Positions 46,619-56,102 of a DNA stretch of 64,000 nucleotides are shown here, in pieces. This DNA comes from Paludibacter propionicigenes (lineage in GTDB: Bacteria; Bacteroidota; Bacteroidia; Bacteroidales; JAFGXI01). Location: positions 829 to 64,828 of the forward strand of contig DYMG01000002.1 of assembly GCA_020721655.1 (NCBI GenBank). The letters are read 5' to 3'. The notes under the pieces were generated by a model that worked only from the letters and a program-made list of their open reading frames with translations, did not search any database and was not told the origin of the DNA. The position numbers and the translations under genes were made by a program. Numbering within the stretch: position 1 is the first letter of the stretch; each line of letters opens with the position of its first letter.

Positions 46619-48229
46619 ATGTATTTAATAGACCAACACGCAAAAAAAATAATGGAAGGTTGCAAAATCTTAGCTCATAAAGCAGGTTTGCAATTCGATA
46701 AGGAAACATTAGAATATATTGTTACAAACATTGATATGATTGAGCTTTCGCCAAAAGTAATGATTCCTACACTTTACGATTATTGGGTAAACGATGTTGA
46801 AGTTCTGGTTGGAAAAGGTCAATACGAAGTTTATCCTAACAATCCTTACGAAACTGTTATAAATTCACGCCCTGCAATTTCATTTTACAACGATAATAAC
46901 CCAGACTGGCTAAACGTAATGATTTTTTATCACGTTTTAGGACATATCGATTTTTTTCAAAACAACATAATGTTCCAAAATACTTGGAACGACGATTTTG
47001 TTGGACAAGCTCTTGCCGACAAACGTCTTATTGCCGATTACCGCTCCACTTATGGGCGTTGGGCAGATTATATTATAGAATTTAGCCGAAGCATTGACAA
47101 CCTTTCTGGCTACTTTGAAACAATGAATAAAAACAACTATCCACACGAAAAAGAAGCAGCAAGCATTGTAGATTATTATTTCAACGAATTTTTGCAAAAA
47201 ATTGTAAAATCGCCAGACCACATAATGTTCAATGAATTAGGCAGATACAACGATTTATACGAAAAACATGCCGACCTAGCAAATGTTCTGTTTTTTACCG
47301 ATGTGAAAAAGAAATATCCAGAATTTCAATCTCATTTCGATAAATTTTTACAAACAAAAACCACAAAAAAACCTGTAGATATTATCGAATTTATTATTAA
47401 TAACTCCAAATTTTTAAACAAAGAAGAAAATATTTGGATGAAAGCCGTTATAACAGTAGTTAGAAACACTTCACTTTACTTTAACCCACAAATTCGCACA
47501 AAAATTACTAACGAAGGCTGGGCTAGCTATTGGCACGATAAACTTTTTCGTCAAGACTCCAGAATTATAGGACACGAAATTGCATTTGCAAAAACAAACG
47601 CTGCAGTTACATCAATAAGTAGAGTTGGACTAAACCCTTACGCAATTGGCTTAAGATTAATACAATACATTGAAGACAAAGCAAATAAAGGACAGCTTAA
47701 CTATCAATACCAAAGAATTACAAGCCTAAACGATAAAATAAAATTCGACAAAAACACTAACGAAGGACAAAAAGCAATTTTTAATATTCGTAAAAATTTC
47801 TCCGATTTTATGCTTATAAATACTTTTGTTGACCAAGAATTTGTTGACCAACACGACCTTTTTGTTACCGGAAAACGCTATAACGAACAACGACAAACAA
47901 TAGAATATTACGTGAAAAGTAGAAAAGCAGAAGACTACAAACAAATGTTGTTAAACTCGCTATACCACCCTCCAACAATAGTTGTTGATGAAGAAAAAAC
48001 AACTGAAAACAATCTTTATTTAGTTCATAAATTTGAAAACAAACAACTTGTAAAAGAGTTTATTTCCGATACACTTTTAGGAATTGAATATTTATGGGGA
48101 AACCCTGTTCAACTCGAAACTACAGATATTTACGCAAAAAAAGACCCTTCGGAAAACGAAAATAAATTTGAATACAGAAGAGTTCTTTATACCATTAATA
48201 ACAAGCAAGTTGCAAAACAAAACATTTAA
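46619..48229 (+). CDS. SpoVR/YcgB-family protein
   Basis: 536 aa with HVLGHIDFF and TNEGWASYWH motifs characteristic of SpoVR. Confidence 0.8.
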   Translation: MYLIDQHAKKIMEGCKILAHKAGLQFDKETLEYIVTNIDMIELSPKVMIPTLYDYWVNDVEVLVGKGQYEVYPNNPYETVINSRPAISFYNDNNPDWLNVMIFYHVLGHIDFFQNNIMFQNTWNDDFVGQALADKRLIADYRSTYGRWADYIIEFSRSIDNLSGYFETMNKNNYPHEKEAASIVDYYFNEFLQKIVKSPDHIMFNELGRYNDLYEKHADLANVLFFTDVKKKYPEFQSHFDKFLQTKTTKKPVDIIEFIINNSKFLNKEENIWMKAVITVVRNTSLYFNPQIRTKITNEGWASYWHDKLFRQDSRIIGHEIAFAKTNAAVTSISRVGLNPYAIGLRLIQYIEDKANKGQLNYQYQRITSLNDKIKFDKNTNEGQKAIFNIRKNFSDFMLINTFVDQEFVDQHDLFVTGKRYNEQRQTIEYYVKSRKAEDYKQMLLNSLYHPPTIVVDEEKTTENNLYLVHKFENKQLVKEFISDTLLGIEYLWGNPVQLETTDIYAKKDPSENENKFEYRRVLYTINNKQVAKQNI

Positions 48230-48278
48230 CATTTTGAGCTTTAATACCAAATAAATTTATTTTTAAACTTTTAGACCA

Positions 48279-50576
48279 ATGGAACAAAATAAAAATACAG
48301 ACCTATCGGAACTAACACAAAAACTTGTAAATAAGGGGCTTAAAATAGAAAGCTTAATTAAATTAAGCAACGAAGTTTTCAAAAAAGAAAAAAGAAATTC
48401 GCTTTCGTTTAATGAACTTTTATACGAAATAAATAAAAATCCAGAATACATTTTTCGCGATATATTTCAAATTATTTACGATTTAGTTCATCATTTTATA
48501 CCAAAAGGTATTGACGAATATCCAAACACGGGAAATTCAATTGGATATATCCATTACGACAGCTCAAACCTTCTTGAAAACGATTGCGAATACCCTTTTT
48601 TTGCCGACCGTTTGTTTGTTAATAGATTTATGAAACTTATTGATGGATTTAAATCGAACATACAAAAAAACAGAATTTATTTATTTGAAGGACCTCCGGG
48701 TTCTGGGAAATCGACCTTTTTAAACAACTTCTTAAAAAAATTAGAAGACTACACAATAACCGAACAAGGTACAGTTTACAAAACAGAATGGCGTTTAGAC
48801 TTTGACAAATTAAACACAAATAAAAAATTTGAGCAAACCATTTCAAACATACCAGAACTTAACTCACAATATTACGACCAAGTAAAATTAAACCAAAAAA
48901 ACTCACAATTAATATTTTCGTGCCCAAACCACGATCACCCAATTTTACAAATCCCAATTGAATACCGTAAAGAATTTTTAGAAGAAATTATTGAAGACCC
49001 TAAACTTAAAAAAGAAATTTTTACAAACAAACAATACGAATGGGTTTTTAAAGAAAAAGCATGCAGTATTTGCAAAACAATACATTCAGCCTTGGTTGAT
49101 GGTTTAGAAGACCCACTAGATGTGTACAGAATGTTGTACGCAAAACCTATGCTGTTTAACCGTCAATTAGGCGACGGAATTAGTGTTTTTAACCCTGGCG
49201 ACAACATTGTAAGCAAAAATATTGAAAACCCAACACTTCAAGGAAAAATTAACCACTTATTCGATAAAACTTCCGTTACATACAAATTTTCACATCTTGC
49301 AAAAACAAATAATGGCGTTTACGCTTTAATGGACATTAAAGAATTTAATGCAGAAAGATTAAAAAATTTACACGGAATTATTAGCGATGGAGTTCATAAA
49401 GTAGATTTAATTGAAGAACGAATAAAATCGTTTTTTGTAGGTTTAATAAACCCTAGCGACACAATTCATTACGAAAGTATTCCATCGTTTAAAGACCGTG
49501 TTACCACAATTAAAATACCATATATTTTAGATTACAACACCGAAGTTGAAATTTATTTAAACAAATTTGGAGAAAACATTAAACGCATTTTTTTACCTCA
49601 AGTTTTAGAAAATTTTGCAAAAATTATTATTTCATCACGCATGAATTCCGAAAACTCTGAAACAAAAAAATGGATTACTAGCCCTGCAAAATATAGCAAA
49701 TACGTCGATAAAAACTTACTGCTGTTAAAAATGGATATTTACACAGGCACTATACCTTCTTGGCTTATTGATGATGATGTAAAAAAACTAGACTTTACTA
49801 CCAGAAAAGAAATAATAAATTCGGCTGTATTAGAAGGCGACAAAGGTTTTTCAGGAAGGAAATCGCTCACAATTTTTAACGATTTTTTGAATAAACATCA
49901 GTTTAACGACCAAAAAATTACAATGCAAATGGTTGAACAATTCTTTTTAAGCAAAGATGAGTATATTAATAAAATTCCGGAAGGTTTTCTAAAATCTATT
50001 GTAGATTTATACGACTACAATATAATGCAAGAAATTAAAGAAGCAATATATTTTTTCAATAAAGAAAAAATTGCTACTGATATAAAAGACTATTTATATG
50101 CAATTAATTTTAATTTGGGAACAGTAAAAAAATCAATTTATACCGACAACGAAATAGAAATTACAGAAGACTATTTAAAAGGTTTTGAAACAGTATTTTT
50201 AGGCGTAGCTTCTACAAAAGATAAACGAAACGAATTTAGAGAAGAAAATCAAACTATTTATATTTCACAAACCTTATCTCAAGAAATTAAACTTAAAAAC
50301 AAGAATATTGAAGAAACTACACAGTTTATTGATTTATTTACTAAGTACAAAAACAAAGTAAAAGAAGGAGCTCTTGAACCTTATTATGAAAACAAAAATT
50401 TCCGTCGTGCTATTTTAGATTTTAATACAGAGCAATTTAAAACTTACGACAGAAGGCTTAACGATAATATTTCAATGCTTATTTCAAATTTAAAAAAGAA
50501 ATTTAAATATTCTACTAATGGGGCTAAACAAATTTGTATTTATGCTATTGATAAAGAGTTGTTTAAGAAATACTAA
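48279..50576 (+). CDS. Second, divergent PrkA-like P-loop protein
   Basis: 765 aa with Walker A GPPGSGKST. The CPNHDHPILQIPIEYR segment resembles the PrkA/YeaG ...CPM.E.PL.L.P... segment. The Walker B position reads ALMDIKEF. IKIPYILDYNTEVEIY resembles YeaG ...vPY.l....E..IY. The C-terminal YDYNIMQEIKEAIYF...IKDYLYAINF parallels the first PrkA. Confidence 0.6.
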   Translation: MEQNKNTDLSELTQKLVNKGLKIESLIKLSNEVFKKEKRNSLSFNELLYEINKNPEYIFRDIFQIIYDLVHHFIPKGIDEYPNTGNSIGYIHYDSSNLLENDCEYPFFADRLFVNRFMKLIDGFKSNIQKNRIYLFEGPPGSGKSTFLNNFLKKLEDYTITEQGTVYKTEWRLDFDKLNTNKKFEQTISNIPELNSQYYDQVKLNQKNSQLIFSCPNHDHPILQIPIEYRKEFLEEIIEDPKLKKEIFTNKQYEWVFKEKACSICKTIHSALVDGLEDPLDVYRMLYAKPMLFNRQLGDGISVFNPGDNIVSKNIENPTLQGKINHLFDKTSVTYKFSHLAKTNNGVYALMDIKEFNAERLKNLHGIISDGVHKVDLIEERIKSFFVGLINPSDTIHYESIPSFKDRVTTIKIPYILDYNTEVEIYLNKFGENIKRIFLPQVLENFAKIIISSRMNSENSETKKWITSPAKYSKYVDKNLLLLKMDIYTGTIPSWLIDDDVKKLDFTTRKEIINSAVLEGDKGFSGRKSLTIFNDFLNKHQFNDQKITMQMVEQFFLSKDEYINKIPEGFLKSIVDLYDYNIMQEIKEAIYFFNKEKIATDIKDYLYAINFNLGTVKKSIYTDNEIEITEDYLKGFETVFLGVASTKDKRNEFREENQTIYISQTLSQEIKLKNKNIEETTQFIDLFTKYKNKVKEGALEPYYENKNFRRAILDFNTEQFKTYDRRLNDNISMLISNLKKKFKYSTNGAKQICIYAIDKELFKKY

Positions 50577-51001
50577 AGACAAACTAAATTTGTTTTAATT
50601 TTAGATTTATCTAATTTAAAACCGGCTCGCCACCAATCTTCAATGCCTTCGCGGAGATTATATATTTTGTTGTATCCATTTCTCATTAAAAGAGCCGCAA
50701 CAGTTATGCTTTCATCGCCAGTTTCTGAGTATAAAAAAATAGGCTTGTCTTTTGAATATTTATTCAACAATCCAAAAATTAAAGATATTTCTTCTATTTG
50801 TATTGCCCCTTCTATCCTACCTCGTTTATAATCTTTCAAAGGTCTGATGTCTATAAGAATAGAATTTCCGGATATTTTCTCTAAATTTTCTTTAAATTTT
50901 TCGGCAGAACAATCCTCAAATATTACTGTTTTTTCAGCAGTTTGAGTAAATGCGAAATAAAAACTAAATATTAATGCTACTGTTAAAATTAATTTCACCA
51001 T
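50573..51001 (-). CDS. Exported rhodanese-homology-domain protein lacking the catalytic Cys
   Basis: 142 aa with a signal peptide and a rhodanese fold (LIDIRPLKDYKRGRIEGAIQI). The active-site loop position reads LYSETGDES, with Ser where Cys is expected. Its stop codon overlaps the convergent gene's stop codon. Confidence 0.6.
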   Translation of the reverse strand: MVKLILTVALIFSFYFAFTQTAEKTVIFEDCSAEKFKENLEKISGNSILIDIRPLKDYKRGRIEGAIQIEEISLIFGLLNKYSKDKPIFLYSETGDESITVAALLMRNGYNKIYNLREGIEDWWRAGFKLDKSKIKTNLVCL

Positions 51002-52153
51002 TTATGTATAAATTAAATCTAAAATAAGTCCATCAGATAAAAACCAACATTCTTTGCACAAATATAAAATATTTTTTTCTGTTAAAAAACATTTTCTTTC
51101 AACTTTTTTATTAACAGCATTCATTAAATGACTAAAATATTCTTGTCCAAAATCTTTTTTTATCCGCTCTAAATCAACTCCCCATTTTGTTCGCAACTTT
51201 GTTATTAGGTATTCGTTAAACTTATCGGTTGTTGATAAAATTTCTATTTCAAAATATTTATTATTTTCTATTTCTGAAATATAGTTCTTAATATTAGAAA
51301 CATTCCACTGGCGACTTTGTGTATTATATGAATGTGCCGAAGGTCCAAACCCAATATATTCTTTACCTAACCAATAATTTGAATTATGTTTAGAATATTT
51401 TCCATTTTTTGCAAAATTTGATATTTCATACTGTTCAAAACCATTGCCTTCTAAAAATTTTGTTAAGTATTTATATTGATTTTGGCTTTCAAAATCTGGC
51501 AGCTCTGCTATTTTTCCTTTTTTAAGATAATTTCCAAAAATAGTATTTGTTTCATAAGTTAAATGATACGCCGAAATGTGCTGTACATTCAATTTTAACA
51601 AGCTTTCCAATTCTTTTTTCACAAAATCGACATTACTTTTAGGCAATCCATAAATTAAATCGACACTAATATTATCAAATCCGGCTTTTTGTGCATTTTC
51701 TACCGAATTTATTGCGTTTTCCGAATTATGTCGTCTATTCATAAGAGCAAGCATCTCGTCATTAAACGACTGAATACCAATACTTATACGATTAAACCCA
51801 AGTTTAATTAATTCTTCCAAATATTGTTCCGATAAGTCGTCGGGATTAGCTTCTATAGCTAATTCAATATTTGGCGGAATATTGAAATTAAATTTTAGAT
51901 GATTTAAAATTAATTCAATTTCCGAACTTTTTAATGTAGTTGGTGTTCCGCCCCCAAAATAAATTGTTTCTATAATTTTATCGGCAAGTAAATAATCTTT
52001 ACGACTATTTATCTCAAAAAAAAGTGCCAGTAAAAAATTGTTAGTTAAACTTAAATTCTGTGAAGTAAAAAAATCGCAATAATAACATTTTTTTTTACAA
52101 AATGGTATATGTATATAAATGCCTGCCAATAAGACTGATATATATAAAAGCAC
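51002..52153 (-). CDS. hemW: Radical SAM heme chaperone HemW (coproporphyrinogen-III-oxidase-like)
   Basis: 383 aa with the radical SAM motif HIPFCKKKCYYCDF, YFGGGTPT and a C-terminal HemN_C-like domain. Confidence 0.8.
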   Translation of the reverse strand: MLLYISVLLAGIYIHIPFCKKKCYYCDFFTSQNLSLTNNFLLALFFEINSRKDYLLADKIIETIYFGGGTPTTLKSSEIELILNHLKFNFNIPPNIELAIEANPDDLSEQYLEELIKLGFNRISIGIQSFNDEMLALMNRRHNSENAINSVENAQKAGFDNISVDLIYGLPKSNVDFVKKELESLLKLNVQHISAYHLTYETNTIFGNYLKKGKIAELPDFESQNQYKYLTKFLEGNGFEQYEISNFAKNGKYSKHNSNYWLGKEYIGFGPSAHSYNTQSRQWNVSNIKNYISEIENNKYFEIEILSTTDKFNEYLITKLRTKWGVDLERIKKDFGQEYFSHLMNAVNKKVERKCFLTEKNILYLCKECWFLSDGLILDLIYT

Positions 52154-52196
52154 CGCCTAAAAGAAAATATTTTTTTAGGTGATGCTTAAAATTATT

Positions 52197-52613
52197 TTAC
52201 TCGTGAACTACAATTTCCGAAGTCAGTTCCATAGCTTTTTTATAAACTTCACTAACTCCACAATATCTATCTTCCGACAATTTAACTGCTTTTTCTAGTT
52301 TTTCTATAGGCAAATTTTTACCCCAAAACTCAAAAGTTATATGCATTTTATAAAAATGTTTTGGGTGCTCTTCGGTAAGGTCTCCATCAATTTTAACATT
52401 AAATTTATCAACCTCAACGTGCATTTTTTTAAGTATTGATATAACGTCCATTCCAGTACAACCGGCAAGTGAAACCATCATAAAGGGCTTAGGTCTAGGT
52501 CCTTTATCTTCGCCACCAACTACAGAGTCGGCATCAAGAATAATTTTATGACCATTAACTTCGGTCTCAAAACTCATATTATCTATCCAATTTACGTTTA
52601 TTGTTTCTTTCAT
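52197..52613 (-). CDS. osmC: OsmC-family peroxiredoxin-like protein
   Basis: 138 aa with two conserved Cys contexts (LAGCTGMDV and RYCGVS). Confidence 0.75.
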   Translation of the reverse strand: MKETINVNWIDNMSFETEVNGHKIILDADSVVGGEDKGPRPKPFMMVSLAGCTGMDVISILKKMHVEVDKFNVKIDGDLTEEHPKHFYKMHITFEFWGKNLPIEKLEKAVKLSEDRYCGVSEVYKKAMELTSEIVVHE

Positions 52614-52635
52614 TTCAATTATTTTACAAAAATTT

Positions 52636-52655
52636 TTTATCTTTGCAAAGATAAA
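52636..52655. promoter_or_regulatory. 20-bp perfect palindrome TTTATCTTTGCAAAGATAAA carrying a TATCTTTG -7 box on each strand
   Basis: Self-complementarity was verified base by base. It lies in the 88-bp divergent osmC / crp-fnr intergenic region. Confidence 0.5.
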
Positions 52656-52701
52656 TTATTTAGTATTACTAGTAAAATTTGCATTATAAAAATTTATTGT
52701 A

Positions 52702-53409
52702 ATGAATAATAAGCCTGAATTTCCTATTTGTGAGGAATGTAAAAAAAATATATCATCAATTTTTAAAAAACTAACTATCGACCAAATGAGCGAACTTTCT
52801 TTTGAAAAAGGCTGCTCGTTCTATAAACGTGGCGATATAATTTATCATGAAGGCAACCGTCCAAGTGGCTCATACTGTGTGAGTAAAGGGATAGTAAAAC
52901 TTTTCAAAACTGGTGTAGAAGGAAAAGAACAGATTATAAAATTTGCCAAAAAAGGCGATGTTATTGGGTATAGATCTGTTTTAAGTGGAGAACTTTCTTG
53001 CACTACTGCAAAAGTTATTGAAGATGCAACTTTGTGTTTTATTCCATCAACAACCTTAATGGGTTTTATTAAAACAAACTCAGACTTTTCTTTAGAGTTA
53101 ATGCAAATTGCTTGTAATGAACTAGGTGTGGCTAACAATTTTATTACAGGGATTGCTCAAAAAACTGTTCGTGAACGATTAGCTGAAATCTTAATTTATT
53201 TGAAAAAAGAATTTGGGGCTGATGAAAATGGTGTTTTACAAATTTCGTTAACCCGCGAAGAATATGCTAATATTGTTGGTACAGCTACCGAATCTGTAAT
53301 AAGATTATTATCAGAATTTAAAGATGACAAATATATTGAGATAGAAGGACGAAAAATTAAAATTTTACAAGAAGCCAAATTAAAAAAACTAGGTAACGTT
53401 TTTGATTAG
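52702..53409 (+). CDS. Crp/Fnr-family transcriptional regulator
   Basis: 235 aa with a cNMP-binding-like beta-barrel (GDIIYHEG...YCVSKGIVKLF) and a C-terminal HTH (TREEYANIVGTATESVIRLLSEFK). The N-terminal segment contains CEEC. Confidence 0.75.
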   Translation: MNNKPEFPICEECKKNISSIFKKLTIDQMSELSFEKGCSFYKRGDIIYHEGNRPSGSYCVSKGIVKLFKTGVEGKEQIIKFAKKGDVIGYRSVLSGELSCTTAKVIEDATLCFIPSTTLMGFIKTNSDFSLELMQIACNELGVANNFITGIAQKTVRERLAEILIYLKKEFGADENGVLQISLTREEYANIVGTATESVIRLLSEFKDDKYIEIEGRKIKILQEAKLKKLGNVFD

Positions 53410-53641
53410 TGAGTCCAGTATAAAAAGACCTAATAGGTTTAATTTTGAAAAATTCAACTGTTTTAATAGTCTTATTATCAGTAATGAGGTCAGTCTAAAA
53501 AATTATAAAGTTGAAAGTTTATAAAGTTAAATTATTGATAATAAGAGCTTTAATTCAAATTTACAATAATGTATAAAGTCTTGATAATTAAATACATAGC
53601 CTGTTTAATGAAAATTAAACTGACTTTTTATACCAGACTCA
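53410..53641. repeat. MITE-like repeat, copy A (232 bp, imperfect terminal inverted repeats)
   Basis: The left end is TGAGTCCAGTATAAAAAGAC. The reverse complement of the right end is TGAGTCTGGTATAAAAAGTC, matching 17 of 20 positions. AGT flanks both ends (53408..53410 and 53641..53643). The element starts 1 nt after the crp/fnr stop codon. Confidence 0.6.
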
Positions 53642-53684
53642 GTAATTATTGAAAACCTGTTAGGTCTAATCTAAAATAAAATAA

Positions 53685-53703
53685 CCTTTTTAGGTTGCAC
53701 TCA
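53685..53703. repeat. Solo terminal-repeat-like sequence
   Basis: The reverse complement TGAGTGCAACCTAAAAAGG resembles the element terminus TGAGTCCAGTATAAAAAG. It sits next to small ACCT-N3-5-AGGT hairpins, which also occur at 53429..53438 and 53656..53666. Confidence 0.35.
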
Positions 53704-53713
53704 TTAGTTATTT

Positions 53714-55936
53714 TTACTTTGTAAGTTCCAATAAATGAGTAATATTTTTTTGATTTTCTTTTGAATTTATTGATTCGTAAACCATTTCCTTTTCAATTGA
53801 AGTTAAGTGCCAACTTAGCGATATTGGTAATTTATTTCGCTGAAGTGTTATATTAATAAATTGAATATTTTTCCCGAAAGCTTCTTTAGTTACATCAACA
53901 ACATTGTTATTATTGTAAACCTGAATATCAAAAACATTATTAAAAGAACTAGTAAAAGGTTCTACTATATCGTTAAAAATAGAATAATTTGGCTCTACCC
54001 TAATATCTTCTTGTTCATTAAACTGAATAAAAATAATTCCGGAAGTGTTCTCAATTATCCACGATTTAAAAATATTCATGTATTTTAACGAAGTAGATAA
54101 CCCATAATTATCAACATAAGATGCATCAACAATTTTATATTTTGGTTTACCCGGAAGTGAAACTATTGGACTAATATAAGGGTATGTTGCGTTCATTCGA
54201 AGTGCTGATAAAAAACTCAAATTATCGGCATTAAAATTTTTATACAATTTTCTGAATTCCAAATTATTGTTTACCTCTTCTGTTAAGCCAGTATATATAG
54301 GTGTTACCATATATGATATATCTATTGGCGAAATTAAAATTCTTTGCCCTGTACTTAAAATACTTGGCGAGATTATTAACTCTGGAATATCTACATTTTC
54401 TTCATATTTTTTGTAAAAATGTAGTTTTCTGTTTAAAAAACCTTTTGTGTTTTTATTTAAATAATTTTCGAACTCGTAAGCCCTATCTTTTTTATAATTT
54501 GAATGTTTTGATAATGGATAAATGCTAAAAATCCAATCTTTAGTAGATAGACTCTGTAATACAGGGTTCAGAATATCTGACGATAGGTTTTTTAATATTT
54601 CTGGACTTAGAAATTTTATTGTTGTATCGTTAAGGCTTTGGCGGTATAATTCTCTAAAATATGCAATACCAATCATTCCTCCCGATGCCCCTGAAAATAA
54701 TCGCATTTGTTTGGTTATTTCGCCTTTGCTTAAGCTATCTAAAATTGAAAGAGAATAATATGTCCACAACGTCATTTTTAATCCGCCACCTCCTGCATTT
54801 ACAAATATTATTTTTGGTTTTTCCTTTCCTGTTTTTTGTTTCCACTTATACAATCTTGAAATTTCATTGTTGTAATCTGCAACCTTATTTTTTATGTTAT
54901 ACTCTTCAAAATTTAAATTTCTTTTTGTATAAGTTAAGCCATAGGCTATTTTTTCCGAGCCAATTAAATTATTTTCAGACATTATATTTATGCCATAAAA
55001 AATAATTAAAAATATTATTAGCGACCAATTTTTAAATAAAGAATGTAAAACACTGTATATAAATAGGAATTCTGAAAGAATAAGCAAAATACTTGCCGAT
55101 GCCGGCAATACAAAAAATTTATTATCGACATTAAACCCTAAAATTACAAGTATTACTAATACTACAAATGAAAAAACCGATGCGTTATAATGGTTTTGTT
55201 GCAATATTTTTTGAATATACTCGTCGGTAAAATGGATATAATCTTTTGAGTATCTAATTCTAAAAGGCAAAATAAAGTACGATTGTACTTTCCACTTACT
55301 TTTATGGTCTTTTAATGTATTTCGTTCTTTCCATTTTTTATCTTTTTCTAAGGCTTTTTTTATTGGTTTTGCAATAATTTTATCACCCAAATTAGTATCA
55401 ATTTTGCCATAAATTTTTACAAAAAGTTTATTTGTAGAAAAAAAATAAGAAAACGGGAAAATCAAGAAAAGTAAAAAACCAAAAATAAAACTTGCCAAAT
55501 TTATGTAAATATCTGTTTTATTGTTTGTTATGTAATTTTCTTGATATATATACGAATTGATTACAACATTAATAATAAACAACAAAGGAATTATAGAATT
55601 ATTAATACTAAACTTAATAAATGGGCGATACAAAGTACTTAAAAATGGGAATTTGTAGCCATTTATTATGTACGACGCCAAATGAAAAGCAGTTGTAAAA
55701 ACACCAAAACTTACACCATAAATAAAGAAAGCTAAATAATTGCTGTTGTTTAAGTATTCGGGCAATAAAAGTAGCGATTTTGCACCATATTTCTGAGCAA
55801 TTCCGCCGTTTATAAATCCAAAAAGTAAAACCCAAAAAAACAATAACATTTGGTTACTTTTTAAATAATTTAAAAGCAGTTGAACTGGAAAGAAATGATA
55901 AATATTATCGAAAATTCTCTTTAACATAATGTGCAA
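53714..55936 (-). CDS. Patatin-like phospholipase with a large N-terminal polytopic membrane domain
   Basis: 740 aa. The first ~330 aa contain multiple hydrophobic helices. The catalytic part has a glycine-rich oxyanion motif (VNAGGGGLKM), G-x-S-x-G (FSGASGGMIG) and a catalytic Asp context (VDASYVDNYG). Confidence 0.7.
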   Translation of the reverse strand: MHIMLKRIFDNIYHFFPVQLLLNYLKSNQMLLFFWVLLFGFINGGIAQKYGAKSLLLLPEYLNNSNYLAFFIYGVSFGVFTTAFHLASYIINGYKFPFLSTLYRPFIKFSINNSIIPLLFIINVVINSYIYQENYITNNKTDIYINLASFIFGFLLFLIFPFSYFFSTNKLFVKIYGKIDTNLGDKIIAKPIKKALEKDKKWKERNTLKDHKSKWKVQSYFILPFRIRYSKDYIHFTDEYIQKILQQNHYNASVFSFVVLVILVILGFNVDNKFFVLPASASILLILSEFLFIYSVLHSLFKNWSLIIFLIIFYGINIMSENNLIGSEKIAYGLTYTKRNLNFEEYNIKNKVADYNNEISRLYKWKQKTGKEKPKIIFVNAGGGGLKMTLWTYYSLSILDSLSKGEITKQMRLFSGASGGMIGIAYFRELYRQSLNDTTIKFLSPEILKNLSSDILNPVLQSLSTKDWIFSIYPLSKHSNYKKDRAYEFENYLNKNTKGFLNRKLHFYKKYEENVDIPELIISPSILSTGQRILISPIDISYMVTPIYTGLTEEVNNNLEFRKLYKNFNADNLSFLSALRMNATYPYISPIVSLPGKPKYKIVDASYVDNYGLSTSLKYMNIFKSWIIENTSGIIFIQFNEQEDIRVEPNYSIFNDIVEPFTSSFNNVFDIQVYNNNNVVDVTKEAFGKNIQFINITLQRNKLPISLSWHLTSIEKEMVYESINSKENQKNITHLLELTK

Positions 55937-56075
55937 TATGTGCTAAAAGTACCAATTAATATTTAAAAATTAACTGCAAATCATAAATATTGAGAAAATA
56001 AACCATAAAAATCAAAATAAATCTTAAAAAACATCACAAAAATAAAATAACATTTTTTTAAGCTGTAAGTATGTA

Positions 56076-56083
56076 TTAACTTT
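56076..56083 (+). promoter_or_regulatory. -7 promoter box TAACTTTG
   Basis: Exact TAnnTTTG, 19 nt upstream of the ATG at 56103. Confidence 0.4.
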
Positions 56084-56102
56084 GTAAAAAAACAGAATTG
56101 TA

